Numbered from the stretch's first letter, positions 1-14,393 are shown. The stretch is 64,000 nucleotides of DNA from Eledone cirrhosa (GCA_964016885.1 OZ024753.1:19654001-19718000), one strand, 5' to 3'. Notes: generated by a model not told the origin, from the letters alone. Numbers and translations: made by a program.

Positions 1-550
1 TGTGGTGGTGGTGGTGGGGGTTGTGGAGTGTTGTATAGTGTGTGGTGGTGGTGGGGGTTGTGGAGTGTTGCATAGTGTGTGGTGGTGTTGGTTGTGGTGG
101 AATGTTGAATAGTTTGTGGTGGTGGAGTTGGTGGTGGTGGAGTGTTGTATTGTAGGTGGTGGTGGTGGTGGTGGTGGTGGTGGTGGTGGTGGAGTGTTGT
201 ATAGTGTGTGGTGGTGATGGTGGTGGAGGAGTGCTGTATAGTGTGTGGTGGTGGTGGTGGTTGTGGAGTGTTGTATAGTGTGTGGTGGTGGTGGTGGTGG
301 TGGTGGTGGTGGTGGTGGTGGAGTGTTGTATAGTGTGTGGTGGTGATGGTGGTGGAGGAGTGCTGTATAGTGTGGGGTGGTAGTTGTGGTTGTGGTGTGT
401 TGTATAGTGTCTGGTGGTGGTGGTGGTGGTGGTGGTGGTGGTGGTGGTGGTGGAGTGTTGTATAGTGTGGGGTGGTGGTTGTGGTTGTGGTGTGTTGTAT
501 AGTGTGTGGTGGTGGTGGTAGTGGAGTGTTGTATAGTGTGTGGTGGTGGT
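1..550. repeat. Compound minisatellite: (GGT)n blocks punctuated by GAGTGTTGTATAGTGT
   Basis: Recurring unit with variable (GGT)n length; runs off the window start. Confidence 0.9.
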
Positions 551-571
551 GAACTACATCATATATATTAT

Positions 572-725
572 ATTGGCAGTATCGGTATAAGGTCGGACAC
601 CTTGCTTACGGCCCTTTATGATCTGAGGATTACTTTGCCTTTTATCTTGACAGAGTCGATAAAATAAAGTACCAGTAATACACTGGAGTTATTCCTAGCC
701 CTGTGCCAAAAGTAGAAACAATTAT
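572..725 (+). mobile_element. tRNA-derived SINE, internally deleted copy
   Basis: ATTGGCAGTATCGGTA head and GTCGATAAAATAAAGTACCAG...TGTGCCAAAAGTAGAAACAATTAT end match the copy at 57404-57587. Confidence 0.8.
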
Positions 726-894
726 ATATATTATATATCGACAGATTTACAATAAATATCCTTTGTAGCATCCTATGGGACTGAAATCGAAAGCTTATGC
801 ATGTTCACACACACACACACACATATATTATATATAAAAAAAAGCCTTCGTGAGCCCCTGTTTTCAAGTAAAAAGAAATTCAAACACTCATATA

Positions 895-1287
895 TGAATA
901 AACAACCTGTGACACCCCCCCCCCCCCCCTCTTATTTGAAGAACTATTGTAACGCGAACTGGCGCGAAATTTATTATAATTATTGACAAACCAATCAAAT
1001 TACTTCTCGAAAAACCTGGCATTTCGAGCCACTTTTTCCATATAAAACAAGTAACATTCAGAGACCACCCAGATGTGAGAAAAACCACAGACCCTCCATC
1101 TCAACTCACCTTTTCAAAAGCAGAAGAACTGCGAAACCGGTAAAGGAACCAAATAAATATATATATATTTTTTTTTTAAATAAGACTCCAGTTGCATTTT
1201 CGATTTCATCTCTTTTTCTTTATACTTTCACTCGTGTAGGACCCCTCGGTTATTTTTCAATTTTATAAAAAAAAACCTCACTTTCTA

Positions 1288-1290
<3 letters not shown>
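895..1290 (+). mobile_element. PLE 3' terminal fragment related to the Neptune-like element at 36915-39060
   Basis: Shares CGAACTGGCGC and GAGCCACTTTTT with 38798-38843; degenerate hammerhead scaffold at 1109-1146; ends in (TA)n. Confidence 0.55.
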
Positions 1291-1329
<39 letters not shown>

Positions 1330-1880
1330 ACATATATACCTATATACGTACACACACACACACATAAATATATATGTGTGTGTGTATGTGTGTGTGTGTG
1401 TGTGTACATATATACCTATTTATCTACACACACACACACATATATATGTGTGTGTATGTGGTTGTGTGTGTACATATATACCTATATATGTACACCCAAA
1501 CCCATATGTGTGTGGGGATGTGTGTTTGTGTGTACATATATAACTATATATGTACACACACACACACATATATATATATGTGTCTGTGTGTGTGTGTGTG
1601 TGTACATATATACATATATATGTACACACATACACATATATGTGTGTGTGTACATATGTACCTATATATGTACACACACACATATGTATGTGTGTATGTG
1701 TGTGTGTGAATGTGTGTGTACATATGTACCTGTATATGTACACACACACACATATATGCGTGTGTATATGTGTGTGGGTGTGTGTTTGTGTGTACATATA
1801 TACCTATATATGTGCACACACACACACATATATGTGTATGGGTGTGTGTGTGTATGTGTGTACATATATACCTATATATA
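1290..1880. repeat. Minisatellite built from TGTACATATATACCTATATATGTACAC units and (CA)/(TG) runs
   Basis: About a dozen quasi-palindromic units; source of the CVCV/THTH ORFs. Confidence 0.85.
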
Positions 1881-2765
1881 CATTAACAGCTGAAGAGACG
1901 GAGAGAAAGGTCTACGACAAACATTTGCGCTTTGTTCTATAACTAAATTAAGCCAAGATAATTCATTCAAGTATAACAAAAAATATCTTGAATAAAGAAA
2001 CAAACAATGATGTCCATTTTAGCTAATTTCTTATAATACAGCAGACATAAAGTGAGTTAAAGAAACGAAAATAACTTGTCGTCTTTGCGGGAATCCCATT
2101 TCTTAAGCAAAACAGATTTATATATTCCAAACATATTTGTCTCAATTCACATTAAGTATCTAAATTGCAGCCAAGAAAAAACATTTTCAATATATCATAG
2201 GCAGTGTGATTTCTGTAGGTAATAATAAGTATTGATATCTACGTAAATGCTTGCATACATTGAAAGAAGATTGTTGATAAAAAGAAATATAGACAAAATC
2301 CCGCCTAAAATATTCAAAATAATGATAATCGTTGGCTAATAATGAAAACCTAATGTGACAAACAAAATATATATAACCTGATAATGAAGCGAAATACAGC
2401 AAACAATGGAGAGACGTAACTGGAATTCCAGATTTGATGTTTTCAACGGTTTGTAAAACAATCCGCATCCGGCCGGAATTGACTCATTAATTCATCTTCA
2501 CATGGGTCTGTCGTTCATTGTCGTTGGACCTGTCCTGGATTTCAATACCAGAATCTCTGGAGATGACATCGGGATAGGAGAGCTTGCGACCCCTGTTATT
2601 AGTGACTGAGTGTGGTTTCCAAAGCACTAATGGGGACACAGCCTCATAGGTGGCACGATACACATACCTTTACTCCTATATATACACACGAATATGAATA
2701 TATACACAAATGACTGGATAGACAGACAGAAAGACTAATAGATAGAAGGATAGATAGATAGATAT

Positions 2766-3808
2766 CTTTGTTTGCCTCAAGGGTGTATAAGAAATAAGAC
2801 ATTACAATACGATAAGACGGGGGTTTTACATAAACATCGTATAAACTTTAACATTAATAAATTAAAATAAACTATATATTATAATACAATAACAATCGAA
2901 TTCCCCAATAGCGGAACGTTACTGCGGGGTTATTTTACACCCCGTGGATAGAACAACCCTCAACACCAGGAGCACGGTTTGTAGGTGTTCCCGTCTTCCC
3001 TCTTTTGTCGTCCGCAACCTACAGGTTTATATACAGAGAAGGCCCATTCACTTGGGCCATGTTCGCCACATTCACCCACCTTTCAGCGAATTTACTGAGA
3101 TGCAGCACCTCTCTCTTCACTCTCACCTTCCTTCTGAAGTGATACTTAAAGAAGGCGATAAGTTTTTGCCCGGAGAAAAAGGTGTTTGCCCTCAGTCCTT
3201 TTAACCTCGTCCACCATATTACCTCTTTCTCCATAGCCACCAGACAGAGGAAAACCGCCTCTCCTTCATTCTTAAATGAAGGCGGCGGGGTGATCCTCTC
3301 GATGGACTCGGCTGACAACTGGATGCGTCCCACACGTGACAGTAGCTGTTCGACATAATTCCACAGGTCGGTCACTATTGGGTACTGAACAATTGTGTGC
3401 AGAACGGTTTCAATGTCTTGCATCTTGGACAGGTCCTTCTGGCAGGATCCCTGCCAGAGCGTCTATGCCTGCACATTTTGTCTTGAACTGGTTCAGTTCC
3501 TCTGTAGCACTGCTAGACCAGAGACGTCTGAAAGTTTTCCATAGGTCCTGGACAGAAAGTCCTCCCGAACAGACTGACCAGTTCATCCTCTTCGATTGCC
3601 GTGTCCGCTTGGTAGAGGGTTGAGAGCGCCTGAAGGCAGTAGAGGTGCCAGTCGTCCATTTTCGGTATTTGGTTGACCCAGGACTGCAGCTCCGTTAGTG
3701 AGACGTGACGTAGAAAATCGAATCTCACAAACGACAACTACACCGGTCAGGAAAACCTCATTGCATATTTGCGCATCATCAGCCACAGCTTGCCCAGCCC
3801 TCCGTTAG
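2766..3808 (-). mobile_element. L1/Tx1-like non-LTR retrotransposon, 5'-truncated and decayed (ORF2 C-terminus plus 3' UTR)
   Basis: Minus-strand frames give CPRCMQDIETVLH (CxxC...ETxxH zinc-knuckle region), then LWNYVEQLL...KEVIWWTR...RW, typical of the L1/Tx1 ORF2 end; frameshifts present; flanked by (GATA)n. Confidence 0.75.
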
Positions 3809-3820
3809 ATAAATATATAG

Positions 3821-3891
<71 letters not shown>

Positions 3892-4370
3892 CTTTCTATT
3901 TGACGTTCACACGAATCAGTACACAATAAAAGTAGAAGGTTTGTAAATATATATATATATATATTTATTTATTTGTGTGTGTGTGCGCGTGCGTATATGT
4001 GCGTACGTGTGTGTGTGTGTTAGTTGTGCCCGCAAAAAGAATCTTAGAAGTTCGGATAGAGAGCTTTCCTTCTATTCGTTCTGTGTCCCAGCGCTCCGCC
4101 GAGGTCAAAGTTTTCTTTCAACATTTGGAAGTCGACAAAGAAATTACCAGCCTACCTCCTCTATATCTCTATTACACTGCCTCTCTATCATTCACTTGCT
4201 CTAATTCTTTCTGTGGAAGAAATCAGCTGTATTCAGGTCTGGAGCTAGGATGGACTCCGTTAGGTTTAAAACATGTCCAAGAAAGGTCGTATGTCATTAC
4301 GACTTACCCACCACTAACATGTTACCTATATACACAATTACACACACGCTCAAATTTATATATATATATA

Positions 4371-4535
4371 TAACGAAGGAAATGTGGTAAGGAGCCAGAT
4401 TGACCATAACGCAGCAAAGTACTCAATACTTAGGGTAATGGAGTGGGTAATAGGAACGAGTAGGACTAGTCCAGAAGTTAGTCCAGAATTAGCCGTCGAA
4501 ACGGCTTGAGCTCAGCCGTCTGCGTCCTACTCGTT

Positions 4536-4540
<5 letters not shown>
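4371..4540. mobile_element. Family A fold-back element (long end left, short end right)
   Basis: Matches 11 other copies; inverted arms; (TA)n on both sides. Confidence 0.85.
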
Positions 4541-4628
<88 letters not shown>

Positions 4629-4722
4629 GGAGTATTTCCGTAGGAAAGGTAAAGAAAAAGAGAGTGCTCTATGTAGGCTAGAGAGCTTTATAGTTATGTA
4701 ATAAAAAACATAAGATAATTAT

Positions 4723-4784
4723 TTTATTTACCAATGGTTTCTTGAAGAGAGACACTTGAGTATGTCTTCATTCTTCAGAAGAAA
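4723..4784 (-). ncRNA. Type I hammerhead ribozyme motif in a PLE-like terminus (family Q, element about 4627-4870)
   Basis: Reverse complement: tttctt-CTGAAGA-a-tgaaga...tcttca-a-GAAA-cc-att-gg-TA-aataaa. Confidence 0.6.
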
Positions 4785-5134
4785 TATGTATTATGGAATA
4801 GTGATATGGATTTGAAAACTGAGTTTAGGATAAATGAAAATGAGGCTGAAATAAAATAAGGGGCAACCATTGAGGGGAAAAAATATATAAATATCGAAAT
4901 ACATAAACATACACAAACTCACGCATATACGTGATAGTACGTAAACTTATACATTCACACATAAGTATATGTGCGTCTGCATGGAAATACAAATACACAC
5001 ATATATACGTGCGATCTTTCGCTCACATATGCGCACACACAGGCGCACATTCACACACGTATTCAATATTAACGTATAAAGATATATACGCACATCTCTC
5101 CATACATACATATTAAATGTATATATATATATAT

Positions 5135-5579
5135 ACGATATTAATAAATGGAAACTATATTTATAAAACCATATTTATTTCATTATATATATTTCAAGGA
5201 TACCAAGTTACATTATGGTATGCCTTCATCAGACAAAATACAATATATAACAGTTTTATAAATAGACATTGACGTACCCCTTTTAAAAATTGACCGTTGT
5301 TTTTGGAGGTCATCAGGATAGTGATTTGTTTACTTTAGTAAGTCATAGTGTTAAGAGTAAGTAAAAAGATGGAGAGAGAGAGAGAAACGTGGAGCAAAGA
5401 AAGGGAGAGATAGATAAAGAAAAAGAAGAAAACAAAAAGAAAAGAGAACAGAGGAAAAATAAGAAAAGAGAACAGTTATTAATATCGTATATCTACTCCA
5501 AATATTTGTCGAGTGCTTTATATCAGTTATAAAAATATTTGCTTGTTGTATCCCAACAATTTAAATAAAACTTTTGCAT
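5135..5579. mobile_element. Family C PLE-like fold-back (minus arm with hammerhead at 5176-5240; plus-strand long tail at 5494-5579)
   Basis: Matches 53848-54320 and 59638-59919. Confidence 0.8.
5176..5240 (-). ncRNA. Minimal type I hammerhead ribozyme (family C)
   Basis: tattttgt-CTGATGA-stem II (agg/cct, atacca/tggtat)-GAAA-t-ATAT-a-TA-atgaaata; 8-bp stem I with two GU pairs, palindromic loop 3, AUA triplet. Confidence 0.7.
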
Positions 5580-5623
5580 ATATATATATTTTTTTTTTAT
5601 ATGTATATATGTATGTGTGTATA

Positions 5624-5679
<56 letters not shown>

Positions 5680-6388
5680 AAATTTTTTTTTAATATGTAA
5701 TATTTTCAATATGTAATATTCTTTCGTAATGTTTTTTAGTTTTCTATTTTATTATTACTTATTATTATTATTGTTATTTTTTAGTTTTGTTTATGATATA
5801 TATTTTTATTAGTATATTGAAATCTGCTCTCTATTTCTGCTTGATAGATAATCTTGTAGAGTAAAGACAGGAATAGTAATATTGACTCTATATATATTTG
5901 TGTGTATATATATACACATATATGTATACTTAAATTTTTATACCACAATGAGAATGTTTTCCGTGAACCTAGGGTTTGCAGAGTTGATCATGTAAATTCA
6001 CATAGATGTTTGTAGTTATCACATAAACATATGAATTTTTTTAAAGAACTAAACATAAGATCATTAATTTTCACACATTTTGGATACATGTCTCATTCAG
6101 GAATACTGATATTTACAATATAGTGGCTGGTTTTTATAAATACTAATACCTCTGCATTAAAACATAGGGTTTTTACGCCTCGCCTATGTCTGGTTATTTT
6201 TAAATTTTTTCTCTCTCTATATTTTTTCTCTATATATAACAGCTGGTTTCTCTCCATATATCTCCCTTACATTAATACTAGAGCTAAATAATTAAATAAA
6301 TAAATAAATAAATGTATCATTGATACGTTTACTCAACAGACCTAGTTTTCTACCTAGTTTTCTATATATATGTATCTATCTCTATTTC

Positions 6389-6422
<34 letters not shown>

Positions 6423-6587
6423 CTGTTTCTTTACATGAAGTTCTTCTCTTTATCTATCTTTCCATCTCTCTATTTTGTTCCATGCATTTCTTCTTTTTTT
6501 TTCTTCTTTTTCTTCGTTTTCTGTCTTTCTTTCCTTTTTTTTTTTTCTCTCTTTCTTTCTCTCTGTGTACAATTTTTTCACTGCCAA

Positions 6588-6770
6588 TTCAACTTTTTCA
6601 AATACAAGTCGATGTTGTTACGGTATGTCGAATCTATTTATCTATAAAACTGTTTATATTGTATTTTGTCTGAGGAAGGCATAGCATATTGTTAATATGA
6701 TATCCCTGAAATATATATAATGAAATAAATATGGTTTTATAAATATAGTTTCATTTTATTTAATATTGTA
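6588..6770 (+). mobile_element. Family C PLE-like terminus with hammerhead motif at 6662-6727
   Basis: CTGAGGA...GAAA-tatatata-atgaaata; near-identical to the arms of 53848-54320. Confidence 0.8.
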
Positions 6771-7465
6771 TATATGTATATATATATATATATATAAATA
6801 TATACACACATACATATATACACATATATATATATACACATACATATATACATATATATATATACACATACACACATATACATGTGCATATATACATATA
6901 TATATATATATACACACATATATATATATATCCACTCAAGCACATGCAAACTTGTGTATACATACATACGCACATCTGCCTATGCACGCACGTATACACA
7001 GACATACATAAGTTCACACACACGCGCGCAGGCTTACACTTAAGTGTGCACATAGACGTAATCATAAAGATATATATATATACACATATATACACACACA
7101 GACATAAATGCGAATACGTAAACGCGCACACACGTATAGGCATGATACCACATATCGGTACAGTATATCGAAGGTATATATTAGGTTAGCTCTAGATATA
7201 GCAGGAAGAGGGTCTTAATGTTTCGGACGCTAGTCCTTCATCGGAAGAAAGAATGAGAAATAAAATAGATTGTGGAATTGGAAAAAATGTATTTAGATAA
7301 AAATAACAGGTCCATTCATGCTGACATCTGTTGCTAACTGTTAGTGCTGGCCTTTTGTGTATGATTTGTTTTTTTAGAAAAGTGGATGATAGAGCACGTC
7401 TACCTGAAATGGAAAAAAAAAACGTTTTGTAAAAAGAGCTATACTTGAGCACGTGCGTAAGCATG

Positions 7466-7546
<81 letters not shown>

Positions 7547-7770
7547 CGTGTGTGTGTGTGTTATTATTGGACCGTACGAAGCAAAGAAGAAATGTGTGTG
7601 TATATGCGAGTAAAGAGTGTGTGTGTACGAAGCTATGAGGAAATGTATGTTAATATAAGGGTGTGTGTCGGCATGTATTAGTAGTATGAGAAGCTGCTAA
7701 TGGTCAAGAGAACGCGATAGGAATCTAAGGGTGTGATAATGGTCGGGGTATTAGATATATATATATATAC

Positions 7771-7800
<30 letters not shown>

Positions 7801-7805
<5 letters not shown>

Positions 7806-8302
7806 AAATGTGTGTAATCCTTGGTACAGTTAGGTATATTAAGCCAGGGGGAAAGACAAAAAATGGCTTCACTTGTGCTTTCAACAAATTTAGTTTCTTC
7901 ACAAAATCCAAAAAGAATTTTTTTCCGGATTAGAAAAAAATTTTTTTTTTTAAATGTTTTTATAAATTAAGTCGTTGGTTGTTGGTTAGGTCTTAGGAGT
8001 TCTTGGTTAACGTAGGAGGTATTGTTTCGTTTTTAGAAAGACATTTCACGCTGAGGTGCGCTTGTCAAACTGATGTGTATGTGGTGTGTTGTTCTATATA
8101 TAGGAATTTAACATGTTTGTGGTGCGGTGGGTGTTTTTTTCTCCCCCTTACATGAGTGTAGGGGTGTAGGGGTGTAGGTGTAAAAAAAAGAAAAACATTT
8201 TTTTAGTTTTTCTAATCCGGAAAAAAATTATTTTTGGATTTTGTGAAGAAAATATATTTGTTGAAAGCACAAGTGAAGTCATTTTTTGTCTTCCCCACTG
8301 GC

Positions 8303-8306
<4 letters not shown>
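7801..8306. mobile_element. Family F fold-back element in (TA)n
   Basis: About 7838-7950 is the reverse complement of about 8190-8306; left arm has an extra ~37-nt tail also seen at 32495-32522. Confidence 0.75.
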
Positions 8307-8353
<47 letters not shown>

Positions 8354-8356
<3 letters not shown>

Positions 8357-8745
8357 GGTAAGGAACCAGTTGGACCATAACGCGCCAGAGTACTCAATAC
8401 ATAGGGTAGTAGAATGGGAAATAGGAAAAAGTATGACCCCGACGGCAGAGCTCAAGCCGTTTCGACAGATATTTCTGGACTAAATTTGAATTTTTAGCCT
8501 GGTGCATAAATAGCCGAAACTTGTCAATGGGTACTTCCTTATATGGGAAGATTGTAGTTGTCAAGAGGATTGGTTAAAATTTGTTGTAAACACAAATAAG
8601 TCTATCAGGGTATTTGGTGGAAGGTAGGGGTGGCTGACCTTGCCTGTAGAACAATAGCGGAGTGAGTGTAGCCGGCCAAGCGTTGAAAGTGATATCTATA
8701 CAGTAGATTCTAAGGATAGTGTATGAATGGAGGAGGTAGGTTATA
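8354..8745 (-). mobile_element. Family A, long copy
   Basis: Colinear with both arms of 18580-19157 plus the long tail. Confidence 0.85.
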
Positions 8746-9137
8746 CAATAGTTAATTCGAATGAGAGTAGGAGACAATAAAATATAATAGAAAGAAATAA
8801 AAAATATATAAAATTAGATAGTGAGAAATGAATTAAAAAAATCACAATGTTATCTTACAATTACAGGTTAATAAGTTGAGAATAGAAAAAATATTGTCGA
8901 AATGGAGTATTAACAAAAATGATACAAAATTAAAAGGGTCTAACACATCTACTATAAGTAGTTAGTAAAACGTATTCGGCCAAGTCTATCTTAAAATTAC
9001 AGGGGTGGGGGAACTGATGTTACAGAGGCCCGATGGGCTGCATCGGAGTAGGCGAAAGGGGAAAAGCAGCCGAGGAAGAAAATAGTGTAAGGAAGTGATA
9101 GAATGAGACAGGGGGAAGAAGAAGACATAGAGGAAAA

Positions 9138-9738
9138 GTGTAGTTGGTGTGCGAGTACGGAGTTAATTATTATAAAATAACAGGAGGCTGGACTAGTGTA
9201 AATCCTTGAACGGTTTATTATACTATGATCATTTCAATGACCGGGTCCAGTATGAATCCGGTGACATCATCAGGTAATTCAAAATATAACGAAGGAATAT
9301 AACAGATAAAAATCGATGGTGCTGAAAATCAGAGACAAGAGGTCGACCGGCAATTTACCAGCTTCTACCTCTGTCGGCCGCCCTCAAGTGGTGATTATTA
9401 AGCCTACTTATGTCCATCTGAGGGCGGCCGACAAAGGTAGAAGCTGCTGAATTTTCGGTCGCCCTCCTGTATCTGATTTTCAGCACCATGGATTTTTATG
9501 TGTTATATTACTTCGTTATATTTTGAATTACCTGATGATGTCACCGGATTCATACTGAACCCGGTCATTGAAATGATCATAGTATAATAAACACTTCAAC
9601 GATTTACACCAGTCCAGCCTCCTGTTATTTTATAATAATTAACTCCCTTATCGCATCACCAACTACACAAACGAAGACCGGTGAGTTGAATTACGTTGAG
9701 TGCTCTCCATAATATTGCATCGAGGTTGACCTCCTGTT

Positions 9739-9743
<5 letters not shown>
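9138..9743. mobile_element. Family D fold-back with hammerhead motifs at 9221-9276 (-) and 9529-9584 (+)
   Basis: ~255-bp inverted arms plus ~75-nt tail; tac-CTGATGA-...accgg/ccggt...-GAAA-t-GATC-a-TA-gta. Confidence 0.8.
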
Positions 9744-9819
<76 letters not shown>

Positions 9820-9929
9820 TGTCTGAGAAACATACGCCATATCACCTGTCGAATATTCGGAAAGATTTTAAGGGATAAATCCGAGCATTTATTAGCATCA
9901 AATTAAAAATATATATGTAAAGTAAACTC

Positions 9930-10400
9930 CCAGATAAACTGTAAAACTAGAAATGTAGTCTATAGCATAAGATGTACAGAGGGTACTTGCAGAAACATGA
10001 CAACAACATACATAGGTGAGACAGCACGAAGCACAGGAGAAAGGATAGACCAACACTGGGGGGAAATAAAAGGACAAAAAAAAAACTGGTTCAGTCCTAT
10101 ACGAACACGTCAACGACATGACAGTAATATAGACAACATAGAAATTAAAATAATATCTATACATAGAAATGACCCAACAGGTAGGCAAATCAGAGAAGCC
10201 AAAGCTAAGGAGTAAAAATGAATGGAATAACAACAACCATACCCAAACAAACAATACTGACTTTAAATAAATATATACACAAGTACAATAACAACAAACA
10301 CATATAAACAAACACTAATAAACACAGATAGAATACAAAAATCTAAACACACACCCAAACGCGAACACACACACCAAACATTTTACATATATACAATAAA
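9930..10400 (+). pseudogene. PLE GIY-YIG endonuclease fragment (family B lineage)
   Basis: Translates NCKTRNVVYSIRCTEG...YIGETARSTGERIDQHW, nearly identical to ORF 51643-51918. Confidence 0.85.
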
Positions 10401-11979
10401 CACATCAAACAATTACAGGGGATAATTTGTAAAGAGTGTAAACACACATAGTTACGGAGGTAAGATATTAAAAATTAACGAGAACCTCGAATATAGGTAC
10501 CTTGCAATACTGATTAATCTGCTTTGTATATATTTCATTAAATAAATATATTTCACCATTAATCGGCAAATTACAGATGTTAAATCCGGGATCATCGGGG
10601 AAGGAGGAGAGTTAACTATCTGTGATTACACATTAAAAGCAAATTCGGAAATGACGAAAGACACGTTTGCCGGTGCTCCGGAATTTGACATCTGTGATTT
10701 GCCGATTCTGTTTGAACAAAATATAAAGAAATTAGATATATTCAAAATAGTCATGGTGATTTTATTCAATATTCATATTAGCGTAATTACTTCTTTTCTC
10801 CGCTTGTTTCTGTGGAATATCAAGTACAACGTGAATCGCTAATGCAGTTTTTCATTCATATTATATACACTTTGTTGTGTGCGACTTTGATTATCCTTTC
10901 TGCTAACGTTCAACCAATCTGTTTAGCTTGGCGTCATATATAGTACATGAAGGCGTTTGACTGCGGTTAGAGAATTGGCTCCGAGATGGTGAGGTTAGTT
11001 GTGAGTTCGATTTTCGGACCTGGCGATGTACTCAATTCACTTTATCGCAATTGCTCTTTTATGTCAGGTCACTCTTCGGTTCTACTTGTAGCATGTGACC
11101 CAGTACAACCTGTCGCATGGTCGAGTAGTCGGCGACTAAACCGTCAACCCCACCAAGTTGACTTGGTGAGGAGGGTGATGTTGGACACCCTGCAGGACAA
11201 AAAGCAAAACCTGACAAAGGGCGGAAGAACTCATAAGATTCAACGGCTATCTAAATGAAAAGAAATGCCTGCCAAATCAATGGGTGGCAAGTTCCAACTG
11301 CACGCATCGTATGACTGGTGTAGTGGTTCTGAGAACAATGCGGCTTTGCAGATGATCAATGCAAATTAACAATGGAAAGGTGCTCTCGCTCGAGGTAGAA
11401 GAGAACTATTGACCTTCAAGAGAAGTAGCGAACCCTGATTGTATTCAACCGAAACAAATATGAAGCACACCAAATCCAATGCTCCTAGGAGCGGGCCTCG
11501 TTCTTCCTATTTGCGAGTGAAAACTCGGCCAGATTAGTTTAGATTAGATTGTGTGAGGAGTTGTGAGCGGAAGTGAGTATCAGCATTGGAAAGACCAATG
11601 GGGATATCATTTCCTTCGTTAGATTTGATGAGACTCACCCAACTCGCTAAACGAGTGAGGTCTGGAGTCTTGTTGATCTATTCATTTATAGTATACATCA
11701 CTCATATTTAAGGATTTGCTAAACCGAGCTATCAGTTATATGACCATAGTCACTGACACCTCATTAAATCCATGTTTATGTATTTCAATGTTCTGTAAAT
11801 ATATTGTTAATATCCTTTAAATTATTCCTGGACATTCCACCTTTCAATATACGTGTGATGTAGTAAATAAATATATACATATACATCAGGTCGGAACACA
11901 ATGAATCCAAACGCCCATTGTCACTGCCTCTGATTCACTCGCTCCCCCATCTCCCACTATTATAAGCAAATATGGGCCA

Positions 11980-12180
11980 AACGCCGGTCACCCCGCGGCT
12001 CCGGTGAACAAAATAGAGAAGGCGTTTCCCCGGACGATGGTGGGGAAGACGTGTTGGAAGATCCATTCGAGCTGGCAAGGCTCACAACAACGAGTAGCCA
12101 AATCCGTGCCTATGGCAGTGAGTATGTTGGTGGTCCTAGGGCCAAAGACAACAGTAATCTCCACGCTTGCACACATTAGA
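11980..12180 (-). mobile_element. CRE/NeSL-like non-LTR retrotransposon C-terminal fragment
   Basis: ORF 11988-12176 ends IFQHVFPTIVRGNAFSIL, resembling the LxQRLSxAxQRGNAxxI motif after the restriction-like endonuclease. Confidence 0.55.
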
Positions 12181-13216
12181 AAGTTATAGATTTTGGCATG
12201 ACATAAGAATGTGCCATAATTACGTAACTACTACCACTGTGTGGAATCTCGTCTCACTAATTGCTTGGAATTGCTATTACATGTCTTTATTAGGTATTTA
12301 AAGCAACTATCAGCTGCTTAGCATGTTTATCCAACTGACAGCAAATATTGTCAGTATCTTATTCTCAAATATATCATTTATCGGTACAAGACACTAATTG
12401 AATTTTACACATATCTTGAGAGATATCTCATTTGTAAGGAAAAGTCCATGAACAAACTTCAGCTAAAACAATACAATATTGTGTATGAAATTCTTCCACC
12501 TCTTTGGAATTTTATTTCTTCTGTGGAAAGTTAATGTCCCCTTAGGTTGTTTCCTAGTCTTCATGGAATATATTGTCACCAATTTATCCTTTTTGTGAAG
12601 AACTCTAGAAAAATACGAAATTTAGAAAACTTAATCTAATTAGAAAACCATTGAAATATGTCATTGGATATTTTCAGAAGTGTAAAGCATATCTAGTACA
12701 TCCATGAAATATATATTATACCAAAAAATACCTTATATACTCTGTATAATCCGAGGAATATGTAAGCAATAACATCGATCGTACAGTGGGGGGGGGGGGA
12801 TGTCGGCCTATATATGTCATGTGTGTTTAAGGTCAGTCTGAAGTCTCATCAGGGCCTGTACTTATCCCGATGTCCATAGAGTTAAGCAACAAAGAGAAGA
12901 ATAGTCCATGTTCAGCCCCAATCGATAAGACACAAGTCAATCGCATGTATCGATAGAGTTGATGTAACTGTAAGCAAAGATCGTAGAACATACGCATATT
13001 CAGAACTAACTGTCTGTAATCAATACAGTAGTAAAATCTATTTACATTGAAGTACTGCATGACACTATATTTCTCAAAGTCTTCTAGGCCGTATATTTCA
13101 TGCGGAAATAAAGAGATATTCACTGTCAGTTATATATAATACATATTTTCATGAAATAGTTTCAAGTTTATATCCTGATTACCAACAACACGGCTAGGAA
13201 TTCTCCAACCACATGC

Positions 13217-13274
<58 letters not shown>

Positions 13275-13632
13275 CCGCATCCACACACACACATACATCC
13301 ACACACACACATCCACACACACACACACATACACACACAAACACATATACACACAGACAAACACACACATACCCACAGACACATACACATACACATACAC
13401 ACCTACACACACACATACACACACATACATACACATACAGACACACACACACACGCACACAGACACAGACACACACCCACACAAATACACAGACGCTAGC
13501 ACACAGACACACACATCCACACACACACACACACACGCACACACACACATACACACACACACACATATATATATAAGTATGCACATTTATCAGGTGTGCT
13601 AGAGCGAAAAATAAAATTCTAATTTTATGTAG

Positions 13633-13670
<38 letters not shown>

Positions 13671-13671
<1 letters not shown>

Positions 13672-13757
13672 ACGAAGGAAATGTGGTAAGGAACCAGGTG
13701 GACCATAACGCACCAAAGTACTCAATACTTGAGGTAGTAGAGTGGGTAATAGGAACG
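13671..13757 (-). mobile_element. Family A long 3' tail only
   Basis: Matches family A terminus; abuts (TA)n. Confidence 0.85.
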
Positions 13758-13761
13758 GTAA

Positions 13762-13817
<56 letters not shown>

Positions 13818-13944
13818 TAGAGAGAGAGAGAGATAGAGCGAGGGGAGAGAGAGATCGAGAGAGATGGAAGAGAGAGAGGTAGAACACTGGAAGGTAATAT
13901 CCGTAGTGGTAGATCACTCAGTCCATGGGACGAGTTTGGTAGAA

Positions 13945-14049
13945 GTAGTAACACAACAGTTAGTTCACCAGACCGAGAACAATTGTTTCACCTTATCATA
14001 AGGTGAAACAATTGTTCTCGGTATGGTGAACTAACTATTGTGTTACTAC
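13945..14049. repeat. Near-perfect palindrome centred on TTATCATAA
   Basis: Arms GTAGTAACACAA...CACCTTAT / ATAAGGTG...TTGTGTTACTAC; each contains GAAA-CAATTG-TT, the stem III half of a minimal hammerhead. Confidence 0.85.
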
Positions 14050-14221
14050 CGGTGGCTGATAGCTTTATGACCACCGTTTTCAGTTTTGCCTGGCCTCTAT
14101 AACATATGTTAATTGCTCTGGTCTTCTTTAGTCCATTGAGCGCTTGCCGCATATCTGGAAAATTGTGTTTCCCTTTGTTTTGTACCGTAGCCGAAATACG
14201 ATATCGCTGAAATTATATTTG

Positions 14222-14263
<42 letters not shown>

Positions 14264-14311
14264 ATCTAATAATTATATATATTTTTTATCTAATAATTCT
14301 TAAAACTTGCA

Positions 14312-14393
<82 letters not shown>

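Noticed and set aside
1-550. Telomeric repeat
   Set aside because: Unit is (GGT)n plus a 16-mer, not TTAGGG.
7213-7248. Active hammerhead on the minus strand
   Set aside because: Stems I and II are good, but the core is CCGAUGA and loop 3 is too short; treated as a decayed copy.
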